A DNA stretch of 63,944 bases, filler included, from Octopus bimaculoides (taxonomy: Eukaryota), in assembly GCF_001194135.2 (NCBI RefSeq). It is 7 parts of 7 records of this genome, joined end to end, with 100 filler letters (N's around TTAATTAATTAA, not from the genome) between each part and the next. Parts side by side here need not be neighbours in the genome. Positions count along the whole stretch, not along the records: positions 25,720 to 39,350 come from NC_068982.1; positions 39,451 to 46,935 come from NC_068999.1; positions 47,036 to 55,522 come from NC_068995.1; 4 more parts are not named here. The stretch is one strand, 5' to 3'. The first letter of the stretch is position 1. Every line of letters begins with the position of its first letter. The notes beneath the pieces were generated by a model. That model did no database searches. It had not been told where the DNA came from and saw only the letters and a list, made by a program, of their open reading frames with translations. Below, one piece after another: positions 35,705 through 48,859 of this stretch. Made by a program: the position numbers and the translations under genes.

Positions 35705-36245
35705 GGAACAACTAGATATAGACAACAGGAGAACTGCATAAAGACAATGGGACAGCTAAATGTAGACAATAGATCTAAATATGTGCACAATGGGACAGCT
35801 AAATAAATGCACAACAGGACAGCTAAATATTGACAATGGGACAGCTAAGAGAGTTAAATATAGACAATGGACCACTATGTGTTGATAATGGAACAGCTAA
35901 ATATCAACAATAGGAGAACTAAATATAGAGAATGGACCACTATATGTTGATAATGGGACTGTTAAATATGGTAAATGAAACAGCTAAATATAACCAATGA
36001 AACTGCTTAAAGTACAAGACAATTAATTACAGACAATGGGACAGCTAAATTTAGCAAATACGAAATCTGAATATAGAAAGTGGGACAGCTAAATAAGGAA
36101 ATGAGACATCTAAACATAGGCAACAGGACTGCTAAATATAGACTATGATGAGGCTAAATACAAAAGGACAGCTAAATATATGCAATAGCACTATGCATTG
36201 AAGGCAATGAGAGGTAAATATCAACAAAGGAATATCTAAGCAGAT
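35705..36245. repeat. Degenerate ~22-bp minisatellite (consensus about aatatagacaatgggacagcta)
   Basis: Roughly two dozen diverged units; the gggacagctaaat core recurs; no unique spacers. Confidence 0.85.
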
Positions 36246-36449
36246 TATTATGTTTCCCTGGCAGGATAATCTGTTAATGAATTTTGAAATCCTACTTTTA
36301 AAGTTACCTTTGGGGCAATTGCTTTGTAGTTAACAAAATAGCTAGAAATATCAGCTACATCTCCCAACAATCTTCTTTTTTTAAAAAAAGAAGGAAACAG
36401 TGGATAATGTAGTTTCAAACAAATAAATAAAAAATTGAATAAATAGAAA

Positions 36450-36525
36450 TGGATGGCCATATGTGGAAAGCTTTTGATCATAGATCCACTCAGTTAGGAC
36501 TGATCTGGGCTAAATAATGACAACA
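36450..36525 (+). mobile_element. Short repeat family E fragment (..ctttgatcatagatc...gggctaaa(caa)n)
   Basis: Related pieces at about 29245-29320, 47490-47565, 49600-49670 (+) and 51420-51510 (-). Confidence 0.5.
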
Positions 36526-37010
36526 TTATCTTCTTAAGCAAGTAACTAAACCCTACTTGTCCCAGTCTTCACTGTTGATTCTGCTACATGACTTTTGTAC
36601 TGTTATAAGTCAGTTGACTGCAGCTGTATATTTAAGTCCTTGTGTACCTCAAGCATGAACGACCTTTTTGGAAAAGCAGGCCTTGTGCAAGACATGTGTC
36701 GCCATCATATGGGTTACACTACTAAGAAAACCTAAAGTAATATTTCATTAAGTGTGCCATTCAGAGGACCCTGCAGGTCACAGGTTGTCCACGACTGATA
36801 TATATTGCCAGTATATACAAGCAATAGATGTAAACATTGTCAAAATGATATATAAAAGAATTGCTTCTGAAAAAAGAAATCCCTTGAGGCATTCACTCTG
36901 CCACAATTATATACATGATCCCTTGTGACTCATGTCATCAGAAATTCAGTGAACCAGTCATTGGCCTGTTGGAAACCTTTAACCAACAACACTATTGTTC
37001 AGAATATGTG

Positions 37011-37085
<75 letters not shown>

Positions 37086-37639
37086 AATATCTATGCCTAT
37101 CTCTCTATGTATGTATGTATTAACAAAGCAACAATGCTGCAAGTCATTCTGTCTGATGCTTTAATGATTCTGCCAATCTACTGCCTGTCTAAGGAAATAG
37201 TTCCTTATAGAATGGTAAGTTTGTGATATTTATCATTTCATTATTTGTCATTTCCTTTCTTATTTTCTTAAACAGTCTTAGGTCAGTGATCTTTGCCATT
37301 TTCTACAAGTTACTTACTGACAGTCAGTATGGCTGAGTTCTCCAATGGAGCAGAATGAAAAATTCCTTTGCAACAATGGCACAGCAAAAACAACTGTATC
37401 TGGTGTCATAAACATGCACTACCTCTTCCATATCACCATCACTTCTTACCTGCCCCACCTCTCACTCTCACTCTTTATCTCCCTCTCCCTCTCTCTCTAT
37501 CTGTCCCACTCCTCGACCCTCTCTCTAAACAGTTGCTTGTCTACTGCATGTGCTCTATTCTATATGACCTTTTCAATGAAGCTCTGCAGAAGTCCTGAAC
37601 CAGTAAATATATGATGAAAGACGTGCCAACCATGGCTAT

Positions 37640-38690
37640 CCTTTATCTTCTACCTTTTACTTGTTTCTATCATTAGACTCTGGCCATGCTGGGGCAGCTC
37701 CATAAAAAGTTTTTTTAATCAAGGCCGACCAAAGCCTTGTGAGTGGATTTGGTAGACGGAAACTGAAAGAAGCCTGTTGTATATATGTATATATATATAT
37801 GTGTGTGTGTATGTTTGTGTGTCTGTGTTTGTCCCCCTAGCATTGCTTGACAACTGATGCTGGTGTGTTTATGTCCCCGTAACTTAGCAGTTCGGCAAAA
37901 GAGACCGATAGAATAAGTACTAGGCTTACAAAGAATAAGTCCCGGGGTCGATTTGCTCGACTAAAGGCAGTGCTCCAGCATGGCCGCAGTCAAAAGACTG
38001 AAACAAGTAAAAGAGTAAAGAGAGTAACCCCAGTACTTTTCTTTTTTTTTTAAGTCTAGTATTTATACAATCAGTGTCTTTTGCCAAACCACTAAGTTAC
38101 AGGGACGTAAACAAACTGACACTAGTTGTCAAGAGGTGGCAGAGGACACACACACACACACACACATACACACACACACAATGAGCTTCTTTCAGTTTCC
38201 ATCTATCAAGACTTTGCCCAAGACTGAAACTGGAACCATGTGGCTGGGAAGCAATCTTTATACCATATATCCATGCCTGTCCTGCTGCATGTGAAGAGAA
38301 TTTTGTATTCATTGATGGAATACATTTGATAATGAGCGTGTCCATTAAGAAGACACCTGAAATAAACGATTATACTCAACCTCTTCCACATCTAATCATC
38401 GTTTCTGTTGCATCAGTAACTTAAGCCACAGAAAACTGGGATAAGTGCCAACCTAATGGGCTTGTAGGTTCAACTCCCTCTATATGTATGTAAATAGGCA
38501 CAAGTGTAGCTGTATGATTTGAAGCTCACTTCCCAATCACAAGGTTCTGGATTCAGTCCTCCTGCGTGGGGCCTTGGGCAAGTGTCTTCCACTTTAGTAC
38601 CAAGCCAACCAAAGCCTTGTACTTGGATGTGGAAGATGGAAACTGAAAGAAGCCTGTCATGTGTGTGTGTGAGTGTGTGTGTCTGTGCAA
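37640..38690. mobile_element. SINE family A cluster in alternating orientation
   Basis: About 37640-37700 (-, 3' end), 37722-38025 (+), 38030-38280 (-) and 38495-38690 (+). Confidence 0.9.
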
Positions 38691-38780
38691 TATGTTTCAT
38701 GTCATTACAACCTGTTTATACACATGTAATTTAATGACAACTATTAATGTTGTCTGTTGTTTGCTGTCTGCTATGAATTA

Positions 38781-38834
38781 ATGAAACTCGACCCTGAAGA
38801 GATGCAAGACCCAATATTCTTATCCCAGACAAGA
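38781..38834 (+). CDS. Candidate first coding exon (MKLDPEEMQDPIFLSQTR)
   Basis: ATG-started 18 codons ending at a phase-0 |gtgagt donor; no AG acceptor in the preceding ~60 nt. Confidence 0.28.
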
Positions 38835-38917
38835 GTGAGTCAGGATATTGCATTGAAATGTGCATAGGTTATTAAATAAGTTTTTACTATGGATTGCGTT
38901 ATGGCTCTTATTTAAAT

Positions 38918-38962
<45 letters not shown>

Positions 38963-39169
38963 AGAAATAATATTTGTTGCTTTTTATGAAAACAGAAAGG
39001 TATATAGGACTGCAAAATAGAGGTGCTCAAATGTAAATAAGACAAAGATAAAGAAACATTGGTCATAGAACAAACGAGCCAACGACTTTCTATATAACAC
39101 CATACCTCAAACATTTAATCATATATAAATATCACCATGGTTCTTAAATATATAAGAAAAATATACGTT

Positions 39170-39350
39170 ATAGGCATAGGAGTGGCTGTGTGGTAAGAAG
39201 CTTGGTTACCAACCACATGGTTCCGGGTTCAGTCCCACTGCGTGGTACCTTGGGTAAGTGTCTTCTACTATAGCCTCAGGCCGACCAAAGCCTTGTGAGT
39301 GAATTTGGTAGACAGAAACTGAAAGAAGCCTGTCGTATATATGTATATAT
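39170..39350 (+). mobile_element. SINE family A 5' half
   Basis: Close match to the family A head. Confidence 0.9.
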
Positions 39351-41711
39351 NNNNNNNNNNNNNNNNNNNNNNNNNNNNNNNNNNNNNNNNNNNNTTAATT
39401 AATTAANNNNNNNNNNNNNNNNNNNNNNNNNNNNNNNNNNNNNNNNNNNNGGGGGGGGGTGTATTTACCTTTCTAAAATATACATTACTGAAATAAAAAT
39501 AATGAAATTTTAAATCTGAAAACAAACATTCGTAAAAATATTTACATATATTAAATCTTCACGGATTATTTTATTTTGTTTTATGCACCAATTATAGGAA
39601 AACGAACAATGTTGTTTTATTGTTTCTATCAGAATGTAACAAACAGTTGCAGAAACGCTTTATCTTAATCTGCCCTTAAAAGTTTCGAAGTAGACAAATA
39701 GCCAAACAGAATAATAATCGTTAATATGAATTCACGATACTTGACTAGTCCATAATTTGTCTTCATCAGCAAAATATATTTATATAATTATTTCCCAAAA
39801 TTTCCCAAAGGAATTGGAATTATTTTAAAACACAAGTAAAATATATATTTACCGAGAATATTTCGTTGTAAATAATTAAGTTTACTCTATGTTTAACCGA
39901 TAACATAATTTACTTCATGGGGCTGGGGATGTTCTAAATTGAGATCGAAATTAATAAAATAAACTAGACAATGTTTAGAGGGTAATAAAGTCTTAATCAA
40001 AAGTTACATTTTGAGTTATTGTTGCGACATACGACCAATTATTGAAATTAAATTGTTTTACGTTTTTTACTGACATGAATTATAATACCGGTCTTCATTT
40101 TACCACTTCAAGGGTGATGAGTAAAGCCACCTTCATCTACATTCTCATCTCCTCTTCATGTAGCAAAATTAAAGTCTTTGATGTTTGTGTCATCTATTTC
40201 ATTTCTGTGTTTAATATATTAAATCAATTTTGAATTGTAGTCATATTTCTGTAAACACATTTACTCACATACGTTAAAACAGTACACAAAGTAAAATTTG
40301 AATAGAATGATTTTCCTTTATATTTCGGTGTTACCATTCGTCAAAGTCAAACTCAAAACTGTGAGCTCACCAAGTTACTGTGCTTACTACAGTAGTTACT
40401 GCGGCCTGTTACGGTTAATATCCGGTAACAAGTAACTACGTATATTTAGATGAACTGAAACAGCCACGGAGAAAATATGTTCCATTAAAGCACAGTCATA
40501 ACCGAATTTCATGTAAATGTAATGTGTTAAAGAGTTTACGGTATATTCAACCATCTAATCTTTTCCCTCTCCATTATCTGTTTCTCTCGTTCTCTTTTTC
40601 TCTTTCTCCCGTTTTCCTTTTTATCTTTGTTTCATTCTCCTTTTGTTCTTTCTCTCATTCGCATGAACTTGAATACACTTGTGAGACACAAACATACACA
40701 GGCAATGCACACGTTTGCGTTGGCCAGACGTTTAAAGAAAAGTCACCCATAATCGAGTACACAAGTAAACAAGGTTAAACTTTCATGCATACTATATCCC
40801 ATAAGACATCATCTAAAGGCTCATGTGTTATTTTAGGGTGATGTGGCTGCTGATTTTACAACGTACAGCGATGTTTCAGGGACCAGCTAATTCTTTGAGT
40901 GAGATGACTTACCTGAGAGAGTTTCGGATTCAATAACCAAGAGAATTTCAGTTTTAATAGCGCTTCGAGCATTTATGATAACACAAAATAGATCAGTATT
41001 CAAGGACCGTTGGAAATTACCTTGACATTAAAACTCCGGTGTAGACAAGTACCAGCAACATTAGAATAATTATTCCTTGACGAAATAGCTTCTGAATTTG
41101 AAAATGGGAAAATACAACGTTCATGTCATTCTGTTCATCAATAGTAGCTAAGTTTATCCTTCCTAGTTTATCCGATTTCAGCAAACTAGGAAACCAAACC
41201 ACACTCCAATCTCAACAATGGCATTTCTATTTCATATTAGAATCTCTCATTATCAAATACGAAATAGCGAATTTCCAATCATGCAGAGCGTATACGTTTG
41301 CGAGTCTTAACACCTAAGAAGTGTTACATCGATTGATAATAAACTTAACCATCGATAGACGAGATCACATAGCTGGAAATAGTTCCGCAAGTACATTTTG
41401 CATTGCTTAAGGCCACTGGTGTTATTTAGAAGTGATGGGTAATTTGTTTGTTTACCGTGCCAACTTGAATTCTTTCCAACTTAAAAGACTCTTTCCTTAG
41501 AGAGTGTGGAAAATATAAGGAAACACAGAGAAACGATAATTCAAAAAGATATTTATTTATTTTTTATATACGTTTGCTTTTATTTGAAATGTAAATTAAA
41601 CACCAGCATGTGGGATTCCGCTGCGTAAAAAGTAATTAGTAAATATATATATATATACTGCACTGCTGCGATCCGCTACATAATGAGCGAAATATTTCTT
41701 TCTATTTGCAG

Positions 41712-41744
41712 TCACATCTAGTTTCGATTCCGATCAATGTCACC
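41712..41744 (+). CDS. Candidate 33-nt microexon (SHLVSIPINVT or xTSSFDSDQCH)
   Basis: aatatttcttttctatttgcag| acceptor, |gtgagta donor, length divisible by 3. Confidence 0.45.
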
Positions 41745-42243
41745 GTGAGTAAATGAACTCTATTAAGGTCACGAGTTGTCTCAATACATTTAATTGAAAT
41801 TGCATTAGTAGATACTTGACAAAGTATTTATGTTGTTGTGTACATGTCCCATTTGTTGACGACGTTTGCTAAAATGAACAACACATTGCAGACAAATTGA
41901 ACTCTGACGAATCCAAATTTGTATGATCTAAATCTATACTAGAGTATGATTTTACATAGTCATTAATCTAGATAACTGAATCCAGCTGAAACCCTTGAAA
42001 ATATTTCTATAGATTTCTTGAACCCAACAATATACAAGCCAATAAGAACGCATTTACGCGAATGCTCTAACTGTTAACAATAGCGGACACATCGAAAAGC
42101 TGTATCACCTTAAACCTTTACCATGTATCATCTATGAGAACTTCCTAGATGCAATCCCATGAACATTCGTTACCGAAGTGGGGTCTTTAATATATATATA
42201 GTTTATTATGGAAGCGTGCAAAACCAGCAGAAAGTATCACAGA

Positions 42244-42287
42244 AAACTGTTATTCAGAGTTTCACCTTCTCGTTCTTCGGACAGTTT
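42244..42287 (-). ncRNA. Variant hammerhead-like motif
   Basis: Minus strand aaacugu-CCGAAGA-acg(agaa)ggu-GAAA-cuc(u)gaa-U-A/acaguuu: perfect 7-bp stem I, U4C core change, one mismatch each in stems II and III. Confidence 0.5.
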
Positions 42288-43473
42288 AGATTGAGATCGT
42301 GAAACTCTGGCTAGCAAATTTTATGTGATGTTTTCCAGCTTTAATAATAACAAAGCACACTACTCTACCTACGGTACTCGAGTACTATTCTTTCCCACCT
42401 TGTTTCATATATAAATAAATAAATATATGTATATATATATATATNNNNNNNNNNNNNNNNNNNNNNNNNNNNNNNNNNNNNNNNNNNNNNNNNNNNNNNN
42501 NNNNNNNNNNNNNNNNNNNNNNNNNNNNNNNNNNNNNNNNNNNNNNNNNNNNNNNNNNNNNNNNNNNNNNNNNNNNNNNNNNNNNNNNNNNNNNNNNNNN
42601 NNNNNNNNNNNNNNNNNNNNNNNNNNNNNNNNNNNNNNNNNNNNNNNNNNNNNNNNNNNNNNNNNNNNNNNNNNNNNNNNNNNNNNNNNNNNNNNNNNNN
42701 NNNNNNNNNNNNNNNNNNNNNNNNNNNNNNNNNNNNNNNNNNNNNNNNNNNNNNNNNNNNNNNNNNNNNNNNNNNNNNNNNNNNNNNNNNNNNNNNNNNN
42801 NNNNNNNNNNNNNNNNNNNNNNNNNNNNNNNNNNNNNNNNNNNNNNNNNNNNNNNNNNNNNNNNNNNNNNNNNNNNNNNNNNNNNNNNNNNNNNNNNNNN
42901 NNNNNNNNNNNNNNNNNNNNNNNNNNNNNNNNNNNNNNNNNNNNNNNNNNNNNNNNNNNNNNNNNNNNNNNNNNNNNNNNNNNNNNNNNNNNNNNNNNNN
43001 NNNNNNNNNNNNNNNNNNNNNNNNNNNNNNNNNNNNNNNNNNNNNNNNNNNNNNNNNNNNNNNNNNNNNNNNNNNNNNNNNNNNNNNNNNNNNNNNNNNN
43101 NNNNNNNNNNNNNNNNNNNNNNNNNNNNNNNNNNNNNNNNNNNNNNNNNNNNNNNNNNTATATATATATATATATATATATTGGAAGGTTTCGGAGGTGA
43201 TGCACAGAAATTATTTAGAAAAGAATTAAGGTACTCAGAAATTTGGATGTTTGTACATTTACAGATTTTTATTAATGTCACATGTTTTATAAATTAAATA
43301 AAGCGCTTTTCATCTAATCGTGTAGGATTTTCAAATTGTTTTGAGTCGACCTTGCGGAGGGGGTCTCTTTATATAGTTTTATTGCGTGTGTAGGGGTGGA
43401 GAGAGAGAGATATATAGGATAGTAAGAGAAGGTGAGAAATGGACGGAAAAGTGAGAGAGTGAGTGTGTGTGTA

Positions 43474-43634
43474 TGCGTGTGTGTGTCGATGGGAAAGAGA
43501 AAGGAAGAAAATTGGGTTCATAGCTGGTTAGTTCTTTTCAACGATAAGTTAAAAATAAACTTATCATTGAAAAGAACTAACCAGCTATGAACCCAATTTT
43601 CTTCTTTTCTCTTTCCCATCGACACACACACGCA
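43474..43634. repeat. Near-perfect palindrome: 77-bp arms, 7-nt loop
   Basis: 43474-43550 is the reverse complement of 43558-43634 with 2 mismatches. Confidence 0.9.
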
Positions 43635-46600
43635 CACACACAGACACACACACCAACACTATCCTATATATCTCTTTCTCCNNNNNNNNNNNNNNNNNNN
43701 NNNNNNNNNNNNNNNNNNNNNNNNNNNNNNNNNNNNNNNNNNNNNNNNNNNNNNNNNNNNNNNNNNNNNNNNNNNNNNNNNNNNNNNNNNNNNNNNNNNN
43801 NNNNNNNNNNNNNNNNNNNNNNNNNNNNNNNNNNNNNNNNNNNNNNNNNNNNNNNNNNNNNNNNNNNNNNNNNNNNNNNNNNNNNNNNNNNNNNNNNNNN
43901 NNNNNNNNNNNNNNNNNNNNNNNNNNNNNNNNNNNNNNNNNNNNNNNNNNNNNNNNNNNNNNNNNNNNNNNNNNNNNNNNNNNNNNNNNNNNNNNNNNNN
44001 NNNNNNNNNNNNNNNNNNNNNNNNNNNNNNNNNNNNNNNNNNNNNNNNNNNNNNNNNNNNNNNNNNNNNNNNNNNNNNNNNNNNNNNNNNNNNNNNNNNN
44101 NNNNNNNNNNNNNNNNNNNNNNNNNNNNNNNNNNNNNNNNNNNNNNNNNNNNNNNNNNNNNNNNNNNNNNNNNNNNNNNNNNNNNNNNNNNNNNNNNNNN
44201 NNNNNNNNNNNNNNNNNNNNNNNNNNNNNNNNNNNNNNNNNNNNNNNNNNNNNNNNNNNNNNNNNNNNNNNNNNNNNNNNNNNNNNNNNNNNNNNNNNNN
44301 NNNNNNNNNNNNNNNNNNNNNNNNNNNNNNNNNNNNNNNNATATATATATATATATATATACATGTACACATCCTTTTGTTACTATTGCATTTCTACTTA
44401 CTTTTGTGCGATTAAGTTTAACGTGACAAATCTACAATTATTTATTCTCGATATTTATAAATTGTAACTTTAAGGAAGTAATTTTTATTTCGAATTATAT
44501 TTCACACGGAACCATATGAAATGTTTTGGAATATCCAGGACCCCTAGGCTAGAAAATTTTTTAAAATAATTCTATATTATTCTATCGTCTAAGGCTAAGA
44601 TAAATATGAGCTTGATTTGTGTTTTGTTTTGTTTCTTTGTTGTTTTTTTGTTTTTTTTATGTTAAGAATCACCCTCTAAGAAACATTATTGTGGACAAAG
44701 CAAAACAGCTAGAGAACGAAAGAAAAGAAATACCAGTAAATATTTGAATTGGCTCACAAACAAACAAATGAAAGAAAATAATCATGAAAAAAATTCCAAA
44801 ACGAATATCATAATAATCAATTCACTTGACAACAATAATACTATAGCAAAACACAACATCGGGTATGCATGCATGTGCCGCTCCGAGCATAAACAAATAT
44901 AAAGAAAGCATGTGTTTTTCTTATGTTCTTTCAAAGAAGAAAATTCACTGCAATATTGCTGAAAGATCGAAAGTATGTCAACATTTCAAACATCGGACTG
45001 GTGTCAGATTCCAGAATAACTTAAGGAAAACATTTGGAGAGAATACGCGTACAGTTGCGCTGCCAATTTCATAGCTGCCTTTCCTATCACATCCAAACAA
45101 ATTTTGAAAATCGACCTAGACATATCCCCCAAAATGTCGCAGGAAGGATTATCATAATTATTGTTAATTTTCTTGCTGTTACTGATATTGTTATTGTTGT
45201 TGTTCTTCTTCTTCTTGTTAAGTCTACTTGCTGGCGAAATCTTTAGCAAACCAAACAAAATTATTCGTGGCATTTCTACCGGCCTTACTTTCTGTGTTCA
45301 AAATCCGCCGAGTTTACTTTGCTTTTCATCCGCTTCGAGGTTCAATAATATTCATTACTAGTTGATCAATGGTTCAATGCAATTAAAAAAAACACATTCT
45401 CTCCAAATTTCAGGCTTAGTACCTATATTATAAAGTATCTATATTATATTATAAAAAAAAAAATAGTAATATTATTTCATATGCACACAACTGATTAGAC
45501 GGCTGGAAAATAAACATCCCTAACATCGGGCTGCAAAAAGTAACGCTAGATGGCAAGAATCTGACTAAGTATTCTAGCTGCCCCTATGGATACTGTTTTC
45601 TTGCGCAGTACTAAATTGTATCTTGTGCCGTTTCTAACAAATATTTTGTGTCCCTTTTCAGCTTCCCTTCTGCTACCATAACTATATCTCACACCAGATC
45701 AGTGAAAAAGGAATACCACTTGAATACTACGTTGATGTAATCGGCTATCTATCAAGTACAAAATTTCAGGCCTTGTGCCTATATTAGAAAGCATTATTGA
45801 CTGTAAAACTCTACTCTACTTCCTATGTCTACGTTATATATTTTAATAATTACTGATATTTTTATAATTTTATATATTATAAATGTAAAGCATTATATGT
45901 TATACATGTATGCATATTGTTATAATGGTTTTTAACAAATAAATAAATAGACATAAAATAATGTCTACAAGTTGATGAATGCCGCCTCTTGATCCCCCTC
46001 CATTTTCTTATTACTGTATAAATTAAGGGTAAAACAACTTTTTACTCTAACCCATGCATTACATCCAGTAGTGTAATTGCTATGCAAAGAAAAATCACTT
46101 GTGTATTAATAATTGGGTATCCTACCAGCAGTATATAGGATAGGTATTATCCCTTAGTTGGTTGGATTTACAATTTCTAACTCTAAATATAATATAATTT
46201 TAAATATAATATATATATATATATATATATCTTCAAGAATGAAGAAAGGGATGAGGTGTAGATAGTTACCAACCCAATCCTTAATGAATTGGGTCATCCA
46301 TTTTTGTGCATTGATGGAAGGACCTTGTGTATCGAGTAGAAATGTAGAGGCTAGCCTAGTGTTAGGTTTTGACTGTTGCATGGGTTTTTTCTGATTGTGT
46401 GTTAGTGACAGCGATGTGGGGAGTTGGTACACTTGGGTAATAGCGTTGGATGGCATTGAGTGATTCTATTTGTATCACATTTGTCAGATTCAACATGGTT
46501 AAAAAAGAATTTTCCTGCTTAGGGAGCAGTCTTTCACAGGAGGTGTGGTTGCACTGTTGGATAGGGCTGTCGTTTCCGCGTTTGTTGTGATTTTTTGTTT

Positions 46601-47964
46601 TTGTTGTTGTTGTTAATGTTTTTGCCTCTTCGTGAAAAGACTGGACCACCATTACTGCGGTAGGCAGTGCCTTTACTGTGGGATGTGTTGGGTTAGAGCC
46701 CCATTTTTGTCACTGCGTCGGGTTCCTAGAAGATGAATGAAGGCCCAATCACGCAACAGACATAGTTTCTCGCGCTGGAAATACCGGCAGATGCTGAGAT
46801 TCCGTATTTTGCGTGTGTTAACATTAAATTTACTATTTGGTGGTGTTGATGTTGATGTTACTGTGGCTGGTAATGTTTGTCTGGATAGTGCGTCTTTTGG
46901 CAGGTGTGCGCCTAGTGCATATATATATATGTATANNNNNNNNNNNNNNNNNNNNNNNNNNNNNNNNNNNNNNNNNNNNTTAATTAATTAANNNNNNNNN
47001 NNNNNNNNNNNNNNNNNNNNNNNNNNNNNNNNNNNGGGATATGGAATCCAAACATCAAAAAACTGTGAGACATTGTCAGACATTCTGTCCGATGCTCCAC
47101 CGATTCTGTCACTCCACTACCCTAACGCCTTTCGTTTAATTCCATTCAATAAAATAACTATACTAATACACTTCATAAAGGTAGGAATCTTTTGCTGTTC
47201 CCTTTAGGATTTTATTCTTAAGAGTTCAAATTGTGATGGGCAAGAATTTGCTTTTTCATATTTTGGAGTACCAGTAATATATTGGCGTTAATTTAACTGA
47301 CTGCTCCCGTCTCTCGCGTTTATTTATTTATTTTTTTTTTACGCTGGTTCTTTGTTAGAAACCCTTAATGTACATCCAAACTAGGAAGGTCAATAAATGA
47401 CAGTGAATGAAGTGGGTGACATTGAGGGCCGTGGAAACCACAGTCGGTAGAGTGTTGGACAAAATATGGGACTTGTTGTAGAAAAGGACGTGATTGTCGC
47501 GACTGAAACACCTTTGATCTCAGATCTGCTCCATTGAGATTGGCCTGGGGTTAAACAACAACAGCAGTAGGGAAATACCAAGTTGCTAATAATTTGTGTA
47601 AATGAAGCAGCTAACCTAAAAACATCGATATAGTTCTAGAAACTTCTGTTGTACGCGTATAACTGTAGTTAAGAAGTTTGATTGTAACCACATTGTTTTG
47701 AGTTTGATTTCGCTCTACAGCACCTTGGTCAAGTGTCTCAGCTGACAACTGTCTTGTAAGTGGAATTTGGTGGATGTACAGTATAGAAGACTGTTGTTTG
47801 TGTATGCGTGGGTCCACTATCCACATGATCTTGTGGCTGGTGGAGCTTTAATTTTTTTTTTTTTTAACCCAGACTGAGTCTTTTCTTGTTTCCCCTCATC
47901 CTGTTGCAATCGTTGTTCTGGAGCATTTCTCTCCTTCACGTTAATCACTGCTTCATCTGTTCCC

Positions 47965-48085
47965 TGTTGTTGTTGGCATTCCGTCGCTTACGACGTCGAG
48001 GGTTCCAGTTGATTCGATCAACGGAACAGCATGCTCGTGAAATTAACGTGCAGGTAAGTGGCTGAGCACTCCACAGACACGTGCT
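47965..48085 (-). mobile_element. SINE family C 3' fragment
   Basis: ggcattccgtcgcttacgacgtcgagggttccagttg... Confidence 0.85.
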
Positions 48086-48859
48086 GGAGTCGATTTTTTT
48101 CGACTAAAAATTCTTCAAGGCGATGCTCCAGCATGGCCACAGTCTAATTAACTGAAACAAATAAAAACTGATTAGAATAAGAAAAAAACGACCTCTGAAA
48201 GGTGGTAAATATAATGATTTTGGTGAAGAGTTGTGTTGAATGGTTTCCACATTGTTTGGAGTGAAAGAATTTGTTGGGCAGTTTGGGAGTTGAAGTAAAG
48301 TTGTTCCTCTNNNNNNNNNNNNNNNNNNNNNNNNNNNNNNNNNNNNNNNNNNNNNNNNNNNNNNNNNNNNNNNNNNNNNNNNNNNNNNNNNNNNNNNNNN
48401 NNNNNNNNNNNNNNNNNNNNNNNNNNNNNNNNNNNNNNNNNNNNNNNNNNNNNNNNNNNNNNNNNNNNNNNNNNNNNNNNNNNNNNNNNNNNNNNNNNNN
48501 NNNNNNNNNNNNNNNNNNNNNNNNNNNNNNNNNNNNNNNNNNNNNNNNNNNNNNNNNNNNNNNNNNNNNNNNNNNNNNNNNNNNNNNNNNNNNNNNNNNN
48601 NNNNNNNNNNNNNNNNNNNNNNNNNNNNNNNNNNNNNNNNNNNNNNNNNNNNNNNNNNNNNNNNNNNNNNNNNNNNNNNNNNNNNNNNNNNNNNNNNNNN
48701 NNNNNNNNNNNNNNNNNNNNNNNNNNNNNNNNNNNNNNNNNNNNNNNNNNNNNNNNTTGCCATTCACAAAGGGGTTGAGTTTGCGAAACTCTTGCTGACC
48801 TGAAGTTTCGTTTTAAACTGGCATTTAAAGCAAAATGAAACTGTAATATCGGTGATTTA

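Noticed and set aside
35705-36245. CRISPR-like array
   Set aside because: Eukaryotic context, degenerate contiguous units, no unique spacers and no cas genes.
38280-38357. Minus-strand acceptor tttatttcag with two open frames
   Set aside because: No donor before the frames enter a SINE A head; insufficient support.
39730-39775. Minus-strand ctgatga-a-gac...gtc hammerhead-like start
   Set aside because: GAAA is replaced by aagt and stem I does not pair convincingly; indistinguishable from chance. The same applies to the ccgaaac motif near 40920.
40100-40210. Minus frame with in-frame TGAs (DDTNIKDFNFAT*RGDENVDEGGFTHHP*) suggesting selenocysteine readthrough
   Set aside because: Short, no recognisable selenoprotein motif or SECIS; TGA stops are expected by chance.
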